Assembly (NCBI RefSeq): GCF_026210795.1
Contig: NC_089435.1
Location: forward strand, 3,038,001-3,102,000
Length of the DNA stretch: 64,000 nt
Direction of reading: 5' to 3'
Origin: Rhizophagus irregularis
Lineage: Eukaryota
The position numbers and the translations under genes are program-made. This document shows positions 21,919 through 34,032 of this stretch, piece by piece. The stretch's first letter is position 1. Every line of letters begins with the position of its first letter. The notes under the pieces are model-generated. The model saw only the letters and a program-made list of their open reading frames with translations. It searched no databases and was not told the origin of the DNA.

Positions 21919-22710
21919 ATGCTTACTTTTAGTGAACTTACTCCATCTCTTACTGTTACTGAATTTAAGATCAATGTTGAAGGGCTTGATTACACCGTGC
22001 TTGGTCATAAGCTTGAACCTACTAAGGATGTTATTGCCATTAATAGCAACTTTATTCATAAAGCTTTTGAGGGTTATGAACAGTACTTGTCTAAACCAAA
22101 AGGTGAGAGGCGATGCAGACGAAGTACACCTGACAATCCATTAAATAGACGGCGACGTACAGGGGATGGTAGCACTTTTAATGCATGCATTGAGTTTGTT
22201 ATCATCTTAGCTGATACTGTACATACTATTCGTTATTTTCCTAAATCTGGTAGTATACAAGTTTTCGGGTCTTTTGATCCTGTTGCTATCTTCTTACGTT
22301 ACCTTTCTGAATGTTCCCTACCTGAATTTTCTTCTGTAGAACTTGTGGGTGAAAATAAGGCTCTCCTGCGCAATTATAAATTTGTGATTAATATTGGGGG
22401 TGATAAGTTTATTAATCTTTCTACCTTAGCATATGCTTTAGAATCTATAGATGGTATTCGTGAGATTCTTCCCTTTCCGATAAAGTATATTAAGAATGAT
22501 GCAGGTGATATTCATTCTAAAATTGCTATAATCTTTACTTCAAAGATTCGGGTACATATCTGGCCTAAATCTGGTAAGGTTAATATATTTGGCACTAAGA
22601 CTGAATTGGATGCTGATATGGTTTATAAGTTCTTACAGAAGTTGTTTTCTAATCCGAATGATTTTGGGGATTTTATTTGTGATGCACCTATTCCAGATTG
22701 TGAGAGGTAA
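21919..22710 (+). CDS. TATA-binding-protein-like protein of asfarvirus (ASFV B263R-like) type
   Basis: Two TBP-like repeats, 'IRYFPKSGSIQVFG' and 'VHIWPKSGKVNIFG'. Also 'RRRRTGDGSTFNACIE', 'AINSNF.H...GYE' and C-terminal 'PIPD', all colinear with ASFV pB263R as I recall its sequence. Confidence 0.75.
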   Translation: MLTFSELTPSLTVTEFKINVEGLDYTVLGHKLEPTKDVIAINSNFIHKAFEGYEQYLSKPKGERRCRRSTPDNPLNRRRRTGDGSTFNACIEFVIILADTVHTIRYFPKSGSIQVFGSFDPVAIFLRYLSECSLPEFSSVELVGENKALLRNYKFVINIGGDKFINLSTLAYALESIDGIREILPFPIKYIKNDAGDIHSKIAIIFTSKIRVHIWPKSGKVNIFGTKTELDADMVYKFLQKLFSNPNDFGDFICDAPIPDCER

Positions 22711-22731
22711 AAAAAATGGTTTCACTGAGAA

Positions 22732-23403
22732 CTAAAAACCCTCTATTTGTAAAATCCAGCAATCGCATTCCTGACTTCTTGTTGGCATAAGACATTCGTC
22801 ACATAGAGTTATAGCCAACTCATTTTTTAGTCTATCCAGCTGACTCTCGGTGGTCGGTGCAAGATTCTGATAGTATTCATTGAATTCATTCTGCTCTACT
22901 TCATCTATGTCTTCATCTGTGTCTTCGTCCATATCTTCATCTCCTTTAATATGGTAGATGCTGAATTCATTTCTATATTCATCATTAGGATTCGTGAATA
23001 TTCTTTGTATATTGTAATCTATAATGTTGAATGTTGTAGGTTTCTTTTTTGATAATATTTCTACTAAGTCTAATAATGCATATGCTAATTCTTTATCCTC
23101 TGAGAAGTTCTTAATGATATCTGAAAATCTTTCATATATTGCCATCTCATCTGGTAGAATAGAATATCTTATTCGTGATAAAAGTGATGGATGTATCCAT
23201 ATATCATCACCTTCTAACATCTCATCAAATATTTCTACTAGCTCTTCTAATCCAGATACTAACATACTTTCTTTGCTAAATTCAGAATCTAAAGCTTTTA
23301 AATATGCTATATCTAAATACCACATTATTTCCTTTACCCATTCTTCTATGTTGAGTTCAAACTGGCCTAGTATACGTCTTAGTAATGGTCTGTATTGTGA
23401 CAT
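22732..23403 (-). CDS. Hypothetical acidic protein with a C-terminal Cys cluster
   Basis: Intronless 223-aa ORF starting 25 bp inside the right TIR boundary. Ends 'CDECLMPTRSQECDC'. Confidence 0.65.
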   Translation of the reverse strand: MSQYRPLLRRILGQFELNIEEWVKEIMWYLDIAYLKALDSEFSKESMLVSGLEELVEIFDEMLEGDDIWIHPSLLSRIRYSILPDEMAIYERFSDIIKNFSEDKELAYALLDLVEILSKKKPTTFNIIDYNIQRIFTNPNDEYRNEFSIYHIKGDEDMDEDTDEDIDEVEQNEFNEYYQNLAPTTESQLDRLKNELAITLCDECLMPTRSQECDCWILQIEGF

Positions 23404-23427
23404 CTTGTAAGTCTTTTATATGTGAAT

Positions 23428-23865
23428 CTTTTATTCAATTACATTTTTTCTCGGTATAAGGGAAATTGCTTGCCTTGCTATTCCGCTCTATTGACTCCAT
23501 GGCTGGTTTCCTGGATGGGTTAATATTCCTTACCTTTTTTGGCTCCGTTGGCTTTGAAATCCTATTTCTTGTTCGGTTAATTTTTTCAGATTGTGTGGTG
23601 GTAATAGAATTGTATGGTGGTAATAAAACTATATGATGGTAACTAGATTATATGAAAAGTGGTAGGTGGATTATATGGTGGTAATTAAAATTATATGATG
23701 GTGGTAACTAGATTATATAAAGTGGTAGTTAAATTATAGTAAAAGTGGTAGGTGGATTATATGGTGGTAATTATATTATATGATGGTGGTAACTAGATTA
23801 TATAAAGTGGTAGTATTTTAGATTATATGGTGGGGGTGAGCCAGAATTGGGGTTTTCATACTACT
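23428..23865 (-). repeat. Right terminal inverted repeat (438 bp)
   Basis: Reverse complement of the left TIR with about 85 bp of extra subrepeat around 23700-23815. Confidence 0.95.
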
Positions 23866-25964
23866 TAAGATCACTCTTAATGGTAGATTGCGTGATGAAT
23901 CAAGTGACACCTGAAAAAGTAATTTCTGATAACAACAAGCGCACAAAAGATACTGAAAGTACGAATAGTAGGGCAAGGAGATTGGTTAAAGGATAGATGT
24001 CTAGTTTAGGGTTTTTTTATTGTTCCTCATGTATGTAGATAGGTATCGCCTTTAACAGGCATTTCATTATATATATATATTTTTTCATATGTATAGTATG
24101 TTTTCTTTACAAAGCTCTAATAAAATAAAATTGGGTTAGCAAAGAAAAATCCTGAACGAGACTTACCATAAGAAGTAAGATTTTCCATTATTTTTTTTTT
24201 TTTTTTATAACAAAGGAAAAATTTTATTAAAAAAAAATTTGAAAACTCAAATTATACATCATGATTACTCTAGCTATTAAACAAGATCGAATAAAAACTA
24301 GTGAAAAGTTGGTGACTTAAGATTTTATGTTCAAAGGAACTATCTACCATCATGCCTGCCCAAATAGGTTCTTAAAATTTGCTAATAACAAAGCTAAAAG
24401 CAACAATACTACTATTCGTACATCCTTTGGTGAATAACCATGAGAGACTTTTCCACCACAACACCTTGAAATACTCCACAACTACATAGAAATAATAAAA
24501 TTTTTCTATGCATAAGTAACAAACTATATAAAATAAAACACAATACAACACCAATTTCTAAATGTTACTATAATTTGTTATAAAAAAAAAAGTCATATGA
24601 TAAATAACAACACATAACATTTAAATTTTTCAAAAGCTACCAATAATTTTCTTAAAAAATAACCGCATACATATAAAAAAAAGGTATACAAAAACAGTAA
24701 ATACGGCTGAAAACTATAAATAAAGTTTTCAAATTAAAATTTCTAAAAATAAAAATCAAAAATCATTTTTCAAAAATAAAACTGAAAATACATGCGAGTG
24801 AAAAAATACAGGACCATTGTCAAAAAATAATTTTTCAAAAAACTGAGAGCCTACGGGATCAGCAAAATATCCGATAAAAGCTTACTGTGAACTTACGGGA
24901 ACAGAGCCTATTGAGAGCCAACGGGATCAACTATCAAATATATAATTTTCCATAAAGACGTAATAAAAATATGATCCAAAACTTAAAACAAACACATGAT
25001 AAAATTTCATATTTGACTACTAATAAATCTCGATCAACAAAAACTATTGGTTGATCTTCAATTTTCGATCTACTAATAAATCTCGATCGGCAAACAATAT
25101 TGCTTTGATTTTCAATTTTTCAATGAAATACACGACAGGAAATTGCCTAAAATATTTATTGATCATCAAGGTCACGTGTATACTCCAGAAAATTTTCCCA
25201 TGAAAGAAAGACAATATTCTTTAACAAAGAAAAAAAAAAGGGAAAATATAAAAAATTTCAAATGTAAAATATAAAATATTAAACATTTCAATAAATACAT
25301 AAAGTTTTAAAAGAAAAAAAATCTAATAAAACTAAAATGCCTCTTTCTAAATAAACTTGTAAAATTGTTTTTTGTAATTTTCGAACTAAGCGTCAAAATA
25401 AATTAACTAGTATAACACACTAGTATTCTTAAGCCAAGTAAAAGGGCCCACTGCATATTTGTGGAAATTATTTTTCGTATATTATCAAAATACTATAAAG
25501 TTTTTTCTTTTACAAAAAAACTATTGCTACCAACAACTGGCTTAAAAACTGCGCTATCATAAAAAACAAGAAATAAAAGAAAGAGTTTAGGTTTACAAAA
25601 AAGGGACAACTCTTAACAGAATACTTTACAACCATATAAAACACAAGAACAAGTAAAAAGAATGTAAAAAAATAAATTTATATTTTTCTAAAAAATTTTT
25701 ATAAAATTTCGAGTCATTTTAATCCCCAGCAAAGGCATATGTGTTCTTCAAAAATTTTTGGTATGTAAAGGAAGGAGAAAGAGTTTTTTCCCGATCAAGA
25801 TTTTCCATTATTTGGCGATAGTATGATTTTGAAGTGGTGATCATCCTGCATGACCTTCCTTATTCATTCACTTTTTCGCTTAATTTGTAGTTTGTCCTCT
25901 GATCTTCATGCAGATTTTCATCTTTTTGGGAATGCACCATGTGAACTTCGTAGTTGAATCTTAT

Positions 25965-26100
25965 ACTATAGCTATATAGCTATATAGCTATAGCTATAGC
26001 TATTGCTATTGCTATTGCTATTGCTATAGCTATATAGCTATATAGCTATTGCTATTGCTATAGACGTTGTTATTGCAATATTGCAATATTGCAATATTGC
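25965..26100. repeat. Compound microsatellite (TATAGC/TATTGC/AATATTGC)n
   Basis: Directly visible in the sequence. Confidence 0.9.
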
Positions 26101-26673
26101 TTCTTTGATATCATTAGAATAAAATTACAAAATATTCATTTTTGTGCCACTTTTACTACATATTAACTTGCGGCATCAAGCAATAAGTTTTATATTTGTA
26201 TTTAATTTTGTTGATCGTTATTGATTTTCAAAGAAATAAAATATTCAAATATATTTCTTTTTTTCGTTAAAAAAATTAAAACGTGTAGATGATCATGCAG
26301 ATCTTGTGATAATCAATTAAAAAGTGTTAGACGAAATTTTTTTTCAAAAATTTAAAATTTTTTCTTTTTTTATAAAACATCATAAATTTTTTTTACATTT
26401 TTTTCTATTTGTAAGATTAAATATTTGGATATTACATAATTACAAATTAAATTTATAAGACTTTCTTTTAGAAAATAATGTGATATTTCATAAAAAATAT
26501 TTTTTCTTACTATTTTTATTTTAAACTACTTGAATTTATAATTAATGAAAGAATTAATTTAAAATTCATGTTATTTCAAATTTTTGTCAACTCAGTTCTT
26601 AATTTTCATATTACATTTTTTTTATATAAAATTTTTTTAAATTAAACTTCTTTTCCAAATACATTATAATCTT

Positions 26674-27625
26674 CACTTTGGACAAATGAAATTAACTTTA
26701 TTTATTAATTAAAAGTTGTTCAGGCAGGTTGAAACCACTTGAATATTAATTTTCATGAATGTAGGTGTAGTGCTTAAAGAAGATTGCATTTTTCTTGATA
26801 ATATTAACTCTCTTTTCTATTTTTTTTTAATTTAGAGCGTAATATCTCCACTTTGGACAAATGAAATCAACTTCATTTATTAATTGAAAGTTGTTCAGGC
26901 AGGTTGAAACCACTTGAATATTAATTTTCATGAATGTAGGTGTAGTTCTTAGAGAAAATTGCATTTTTGTTGATGATATTAACTCTCTTTTCTATTTTTT
27001 AATTTAGAGCGTAATATCTCCACTTTGGACAAATGAAATCAACTTTATTTATTAATTGAAAGTTGTTCAGGCAGGTTGAAACCACTTGAATATTAATTTT
27101 CATGAATGTAGGTGTAGTGCTTAGAGAAGATTGCATTTTTGTTAATGATATTAACTCTCTTTTCTATTTTTTTAATTTAGAGCGTAATATCTCCACTTTG
27201 AACAAATGAAATCAACTTCATTTATTAATTGAAAGTTGTTCAGGCAGATTAAAAGCACTTGAATATTAATTTTCATGAATGTAGGTGTAGTGCTTAAAGA
27301 AGATTGCATTTTTCTTGATGATATTAACTCTCTTTTCTATTTTTTTTTAATTTAGAGCGTAATATCTCCACTTTGGACAAATGAAATCAACTTCATTTAT
27401 TAATTGAAAGTTGTTCAGGCAGGTTGAAACCACTTGAATATTAATTTTCATGAATGTAGGTGTAGTGCTTATAGAAGATTGCATTTTTGTTGATGATATT
27501 AACTCTCTTTTCTTTTTCTTTAATTTAGAGCGTAATATCTCCACTTTGGACAAATGAAATCAACTTTATTTATTAATTAAAAGTTGTTCAGGCAGGTTAA
27601 AAGCACTTGAATATTAATTTTCATA
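26674..27625. repeat. ~174-bp tandem repeat, about 5.5 copies
   Basis: cactttg(g/a)acaaatgaaat occurs at 26674, 26849, 27021, 27194, 27369 and 27542. Confidence 0.95.
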
Positions 27626-29465
27626 AAATTTTATTTTTTTGTAGCTGTATTAACTTTAAAACACTTATTACAACTTACGTCATTATTTTATTTATTTATT
27701 TTATTTTATTTTATTACTAGAAGATACGTCATTATTTTAAATAATAAGAATTAATTTATATTATTGGCTAATTATAATCACATGATACTAAGGATTTTTT
27801 TTTATTTTTATATTTGATTTAATAATTTAGTAAAATATTATTAAAATCAAATTCATATAAATGCAACTAATATTAATAATTGTAATTTAAGCAGTAAATT
27901 CATTAACCAAATCGTGTAAATTCTATGCTTAAATTATGTAATTTCTGTGATCAAATCAATATAAATTCGGCATAAATTATGGTCAAATCATGCAAAATGA
28001 TACATTTTTGTGATATGGAATTGTGCATTTTTCCGTATCCCTATATAGATTAGAAACATTATTTTTAAGAAAAAATTGTATAAAACCTTATTAAAAACAT
28101 GATTTTTTATAGGTTTAATTATAATAAAATTTTATTATTTGGTAATATTTTACATACAATTCAATTTATTTATATCAAAAAATTTTTTTAATTATAAATG
28201 TTATGTTTGGGGGACGAAGTCCCCTGGCAAATCGCATATTCTAGTTATTGGTTAAATTTCAAAAAAAGTAGACATTCCGATTTCTGATGTTTTACGATAA
28301 TCCGTTAAACTAACTGTTTATCCATCTATCCGATTCTTTTAAAAAAATTTTATCTGGATAACGGATATCCGATAATTATCCGGATAAACGCTTATCAGAT
28401 TGACACACTAGAGATGATATGTGTCATGAACATATTGATGATATTACAGTAAAGAAGACTTTACATTGCGTTTGAAAAAATTAAAGAAATCAGATAATAT
28501 TCTTGACTTATTTTTATTCATGTAATTTTATTTTCACGTTCAGATAATAATAATATTATTTATCTTATATCTAGATTAAAAGAACACTACTATTATTATT
28601 GTAATTTTTTTTTAAAAAAAAGTCAAAAATATGAATTCATCATTTATAATTGACTTGAAATAAATAAATTTAATGTTTGAACCATTAATCATTATGCACT
28701 GATACACATTTATGTAAAATGATTTTCAAGTGTTAAAACTACTACACGCTAGACATGTTTTACGATGCAATGTCTTTAAAGGCTTTTAACCAATAACGTC
28801 ATAGAACATTAGAATATGCAAATATTTTGTATAGTATTTTGGAAACTTATGGTTTTAATAGGACTAAATTACTTTGTTCTAGAAAGATAATCGTTCTTGC
28901 ATAATTTACATAATTTTGGAATATTAATAATATGCGAATATAATTGTTTAGAATAGTTTTACAATTAACTTCACGTAGGAACAAATAGAAGAAAAAACCA
29001 ATGAGATGTAGTACAATATCTTGTTATTATTCAATCTACTTTTTTTTAATGAAATTACTATATTTGGTGTTCATTGTGAGGTTTAGAATGATTATACTAC
29101 AAAAGTAATTATACATCTCAATTTGTCGTACACGGTTAATTTTTTGACCGTTTCCTTTCTTGTTAATTTGTACTTTCCATCATTATCTTCTATGCTGAAA
29201 GATTTATTTTTATTACGCCAATTACTTAGATATTTCCACTAGTTAGTCATATGAATTACAAACTAAATAAATAAACGGACTTTTCCGTAGTACTATGGTA
29301 AATCCTTAAGATTCCATGAGAAAATCTAGAAATACTTTCCGTATTACCAACAAAAGGTTCAAACTCCTGGTAATTCAGATATAAATAAAAATACGTATTT
29401 CAAATTTTCCAAATTCATTGTCTTATCGATACTTGTTTATAACATATATTAATTAACTTAATAAA

Positions 29466-32400
29466 ATGGAAATTGTAAATACAAATGATGAAAATTCTTT
29501 CGATCCAACACCAAGATTAAAATCTAGTCCTATACAAATTAAATTTATTTCTTTTAATGTGAATGATGAAAATTGTGTTTATTGTGGAGAAAAATATATT
29601 AAAGCGCTTTTAAGTTACCAATATTATTGCCAAAAATGTTTATCACGTTATATTAATGATATAACCGAAAATGATATTTATTTGGATGTACACTATACAA
29701 TGGACTTGGAATGTAGTGAACATGAAATAAGTAGGACAAAAATACCACAAAGTATTCAAGAATGCTGTGGAAATTGTGTGAGAATTTTATGTTTTAAACA
29801 AACAAATGGATATATTATTGATTTTTACCTTGATGAAAACGATCGCACTCTAAACAATAAGGTGATTGAAAGTGAACAAAATTGTAAATTATGTGGAAAG
29901 TCAATATATCAAGGAATATATGAATGGTATACTGACGCTAAATTATGCTCAGATTGTTATTTAATTTCTTCTGGATTGATAGAATCAACCTTGGATAAAA
30001 AGCAAATTTCAATTCTTTACTTACCATGGTGGCATAATAATCATAAGTGCAATATTTGTAATTCAGAGTTAACATTTACATCAGACTGTCAAAAGTATTG
30101 TGCATATTGTATTATATTTTATGTTGGATGCAGATATTGTTTAACAACAAACATTCTTTTTGGACCTACGGATCAATCTCAATGTAAAAAATGCAAAAGA
30201 AAATCGCCCATAAATAGTGTTATCGATGATTTTCTTTTTAATAATAATCTTATAACATGCGATAGTTTAGATTATTTGAAGTCAGCTGAATTTGAAAATA
30301 TTGTAAAAAACATTAATAAATATTTTACACCAGATAATATATTACGGTCTATATTTAAAGAAAAAAAACAAGCAAAACAAAATGATAAGTGGATACCATA
30401 TTCTCAATTTAAAGATGTAAAAGAAATGACAAAGGGAGGATATGGTATTATATATACAGCAACTTGGTCAAATAAAAATAATAAAAATGAAATTGTCATT
30501 TTAAAAAGATTTGAAAATTCTAAAAATAATGGCAAATATTTCTTAAATGAGGTAAAATATTTTAAATATTTCTTATATAATTTATATTAAATAAACTAAA
30601 TTTTTAATTTAATTTATCTTTAAATTTAAATAGTTAAAATCATATTATCATTGTTTTAAAGACGAAAAGGGTCATATCATTGAAACTTATGGCTTTACAA
30701 AAGTTCCTGAATTAGAAGATTACATATTAGTTATGAAATATGCATCAGGAGGGGATTTACATAAGCATTTGCAGAAGGATTTTGAACGTATTACATGGAA
30801 TAGAGAAAAATTACGTATTTTACATCAAATTTCAATGGGGTATTTATATTTTATATACAGTATTTATTAATTTTTTAAATTTAAGTTATTAATTTTTTTT
30901 ATATCTTTTAGACTTGAAACTATTCATAATAAAGAATTTATGCATCGAGATTTCCATAGTGGAAACATATTATTTGATCCAAAAGGTAAAAGAACATTAA
31001 ATGAAAATTGGAGATCTAGGATTATCACAAGCTGTAAATAGTGAATCATCAAATAATGAAGTATATGGAGTAATACCTTACATTGCACCGGAAATATTTA
31101 GAGGGTCTATATTTTCTAAAGAAGCTGATATTTATAGTTTGGGTATGATTATGTGGGAACTTACAACAGGTTGTAAACCCTTTGATAATGTTAAACATGA
31201 TCATCATCTCATTTATAAAATTCTTGACGGAGAACGACCTAAAATTACAGAAGATACACCAGAATGTTATGCTAATTTAATGAAAAGTTGTTGGGATGCT
31301 GATCCTAAAAAAAGACCTTCTATAAAAGACATTCGTTTGACTTTTGGTAGGTGGACATTTAAAAGGGTTAATGATGAAGAATTTAGACAAGGTGAAGCAA
31401 AAAGAGCGAAATTAATAAAATCAAAGAAGATTGGGCCGGAATTTGCTGAAAAACGTCATTTAGAAGCTATTTATACAAGCAGGCCATTAAGTGCTTTAAT
31501 TTCTAAATGTTCATCCATATATTCATTTTCAACAATTTCATTTGGTAAGCGGTGTATTTCAAAAAAAAAAAACTTAAAAATGTCATCTATAAACTGTAAT
31601 TTATAAGAAATATGTTATACTCCTTAGATTCCAATTATATCTCAGAATTAGAGAATAATAAAGACATTGAAAGGTATTTAAAATAAAAAAATTTATTTTG
31701 AATTATGTAATTAATTATTCGAATTTATTAATTTCCGTTTAGTTTATCAGGACCGGGAAAACCTATAATGGAGGTCACTGTAGTACCCGGCACACTAGTA
31801 AAATCCATTGAATTTTTTATATATACAATTTTTAATGAAGCCAAAATGTGTGGATTAAACTTATCTGTTTAAGTTTAGAGTTGAATGCATGATTTATACA
31901 CTCAATTTAGATTTTTATATATTCTGTGTAACACAAAAAGGTGGTTCGCATAATTAGTAAATTTTTTAAAAAGTGGTTCGCGTTATTATAAAATTTTTTT
32001 CGGAAAATTTAATGATCTCAGTTAATATTGATATTAAAAGAATAATTTATGATTCATTTTATTTTTCAGACATTTCTGTATGATTTGTTAGATTTTTAGT
32101 TTAATTAAGAAAAATTTTTATTAATTTGGGCAAAACCATCATTTTACTATTGTCCGGTGACCTTTATTATAAGTTTTCCCGGTCCTAGTTTATCGCTACA
32201 AAATTTAAATTCTAATTACATCTCAGAAGAATTAGAGCTTGATATAGACATTGAAAGGTATTTCAAATAACAAAAAGAAAAAAAAAATTCTTAAATGATA
32301 CAACTAATTATTTGGATTTATTAATTTTTAATTAGTTTATCATCTCAAAATTTAAGTTCTACAATTCAAAATTTAGATTCTAGATATATCTCAGCAGAAT

Positions 32401-32751
32401 TAGAGCTTGATATAAACACTGAAAGGTATTTAAAATAATGATAAAAAAATGCTTTTAAATGACACAATTAATTATTATTTAATTTACCGTATAATTTTTT
32501 ACTTAGTTTCAAATCACAAAATTTAAGTTCTACAATTCAAAAATTTTCAACCTTTTTAAAAAAAGAAGAAATGAAGAATTTTTAAATGTAGAACCTCATG
32601 ACAATAGTGGTAAATATTCATTTGGCTCGATGTTATTTTATTCTACTTTCATTTTAATCAATTACATTAATATTTAATTTTTTTCATTTAAATCAAATAT
32701 AAAATATTATTTATAGGAAAACGTATTAAAACTAATTTTAATTATCCATAG
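29466..32751 (+). CDS. Cys-rich N-terminal domain plus tyrosine-kinase-like protein kinase; multi-exon, with an apparent frameshift at ~30980-31001
   Basis: Many CxxC pairs, 'KGGYGIIY', 'HRDFHSGNIL', 'IGDLG', 'GVIPYIAPE', 'DIYSLG'. HRD and DLG fall in different frames within one exon. Repeated short 3' exons. Confidence 0.8.
31749..32186. mobile_element. MITE with an 8-bp TSD, inserted at a splice acceptor
   Basis: TIRs aggaccgggaaaac[c/t]tataat..aggtcac. TSD AGTTTATC at 31741-31748 and 32187-32194. Confidence 0.88.
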
Positions 32752-34032
32752 AACTATAGAAGTAAAATATTTCATTATCCTGCAGATACAGAGTGTATAG
32801 AAATATTTAATAATTTTTTATTGGACTTTCTCACTATAATAATTTAAAAAATTATTGATTTATTATTATTTTTTTTTGGCTGTATTATTTTTATTATAAA
32901 ATATATTTAAATAAAAAAAAGGAATATTTATTTTTACTACATCGCAGACTGGCCTGATCCAAACCTAAAAGGCGAAAGAACAAAAAAAAAAGTTAGGACT
33001 GATCGAAAAAAAATAATTAGGAAAAGAATATTACTATATAGTTTATAGAGAGAAAAAAAATTAAAAAAAATCCGGTTAAAGAAACAAAATCAGTTAGTCA
33101 GTTAAAAGAAAAAACCAAAAGAAAAAAAAATATATATATATTGAAAAAAAAATTTTCGGTTTATGCTGCGGCTAATCGCATCTCAAGCCATAAATTCACA
33201 AAGGAATAATATCTATTCAAGAACGTTTTAGTTAGTATATATATAATACAACGCATCTCAACAAAAGGAATACAAATTTGAAAATGGGAGTCATACTCTT
33301 CAAAGTAATCATTGAACCTGCCTCTTGATCTTGAGGATCTTACGAGGACCCCTCATTATTGACAGGACTTGTAGACATATTCGGAATCGGGTTTTCTTCT
33401 AGTGCTGATGGAAGATTTTGGTTTTGCGATTGACTCATTTGGGCTAAGTACTGGTCCTACTCCTTTCACCGGTTGATTGAGCATTCATCCATGGCAAATT
33501 TAACGATTGACCATTAGTATTATTACGGTTGGTAGACACCAATGATATGTCCTCCAATTTAACTACGTGCTTTCCAGCGGTTATTTCTTCTTGGGTCGTA
33601 TCATCAATTACCGGAGGTTCATATTGAATCAAACCCACGATAATGGCCGTTGTGGACTTCATGTTTTGATTGATGGAATTGGTTTTATTCGAAAGATATC
33701 TAATGTTTGGATCGTGATTAACTTTAACCCAAAACTCCCGGGTTCTCAGTCTCCAAGGTTTTCCTCGACATAAAATTCCAATACAGAGCTTCCATTGACA
33801 TTTCTGACAGTTTTGGTAGTGATACCTACCAACATAACACTCAAGCATTGTATCCCATCGATCACCTTAATAGAGGTCGCGTTGATCTTATTATTTTATC
33901 AAATAATAAAGATAATGTTTAGCAATTTAGTAATAGAAAAATAATATTAATTTTATAAAAACTCATCGTATACCATCTTCCGCAGGCTACAAATTTCCTC
34001 CTTAAACATATCACGTCCCCCCTTTTCAAAAT

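Larger units (their letters stand above)
11857..23865. mobile_element. Polinton/Maverick-like self-synthesizing element (12,009 bp) with atypical Gag-protease and TBP-like genes
   Basis: Starts AGTAGTATGAAAACCCC and ends GGGGTTTTCATACTACT. TSD TAAGA at 11852-11856 and 23866-23870. Long TIRs and densely packed intronless ORFs, including pPolB and rve integrase. Visibly less AT-rich than the flanks. Confidence 0.95.

Noticed and set aside
28270..28410. atccg/cggat-rich patch, also at ~10530-10590, resembling hAT subterminal repeats
   Set aside because: No paired TIRs or TSD could be defined, so these are probably old fragments.
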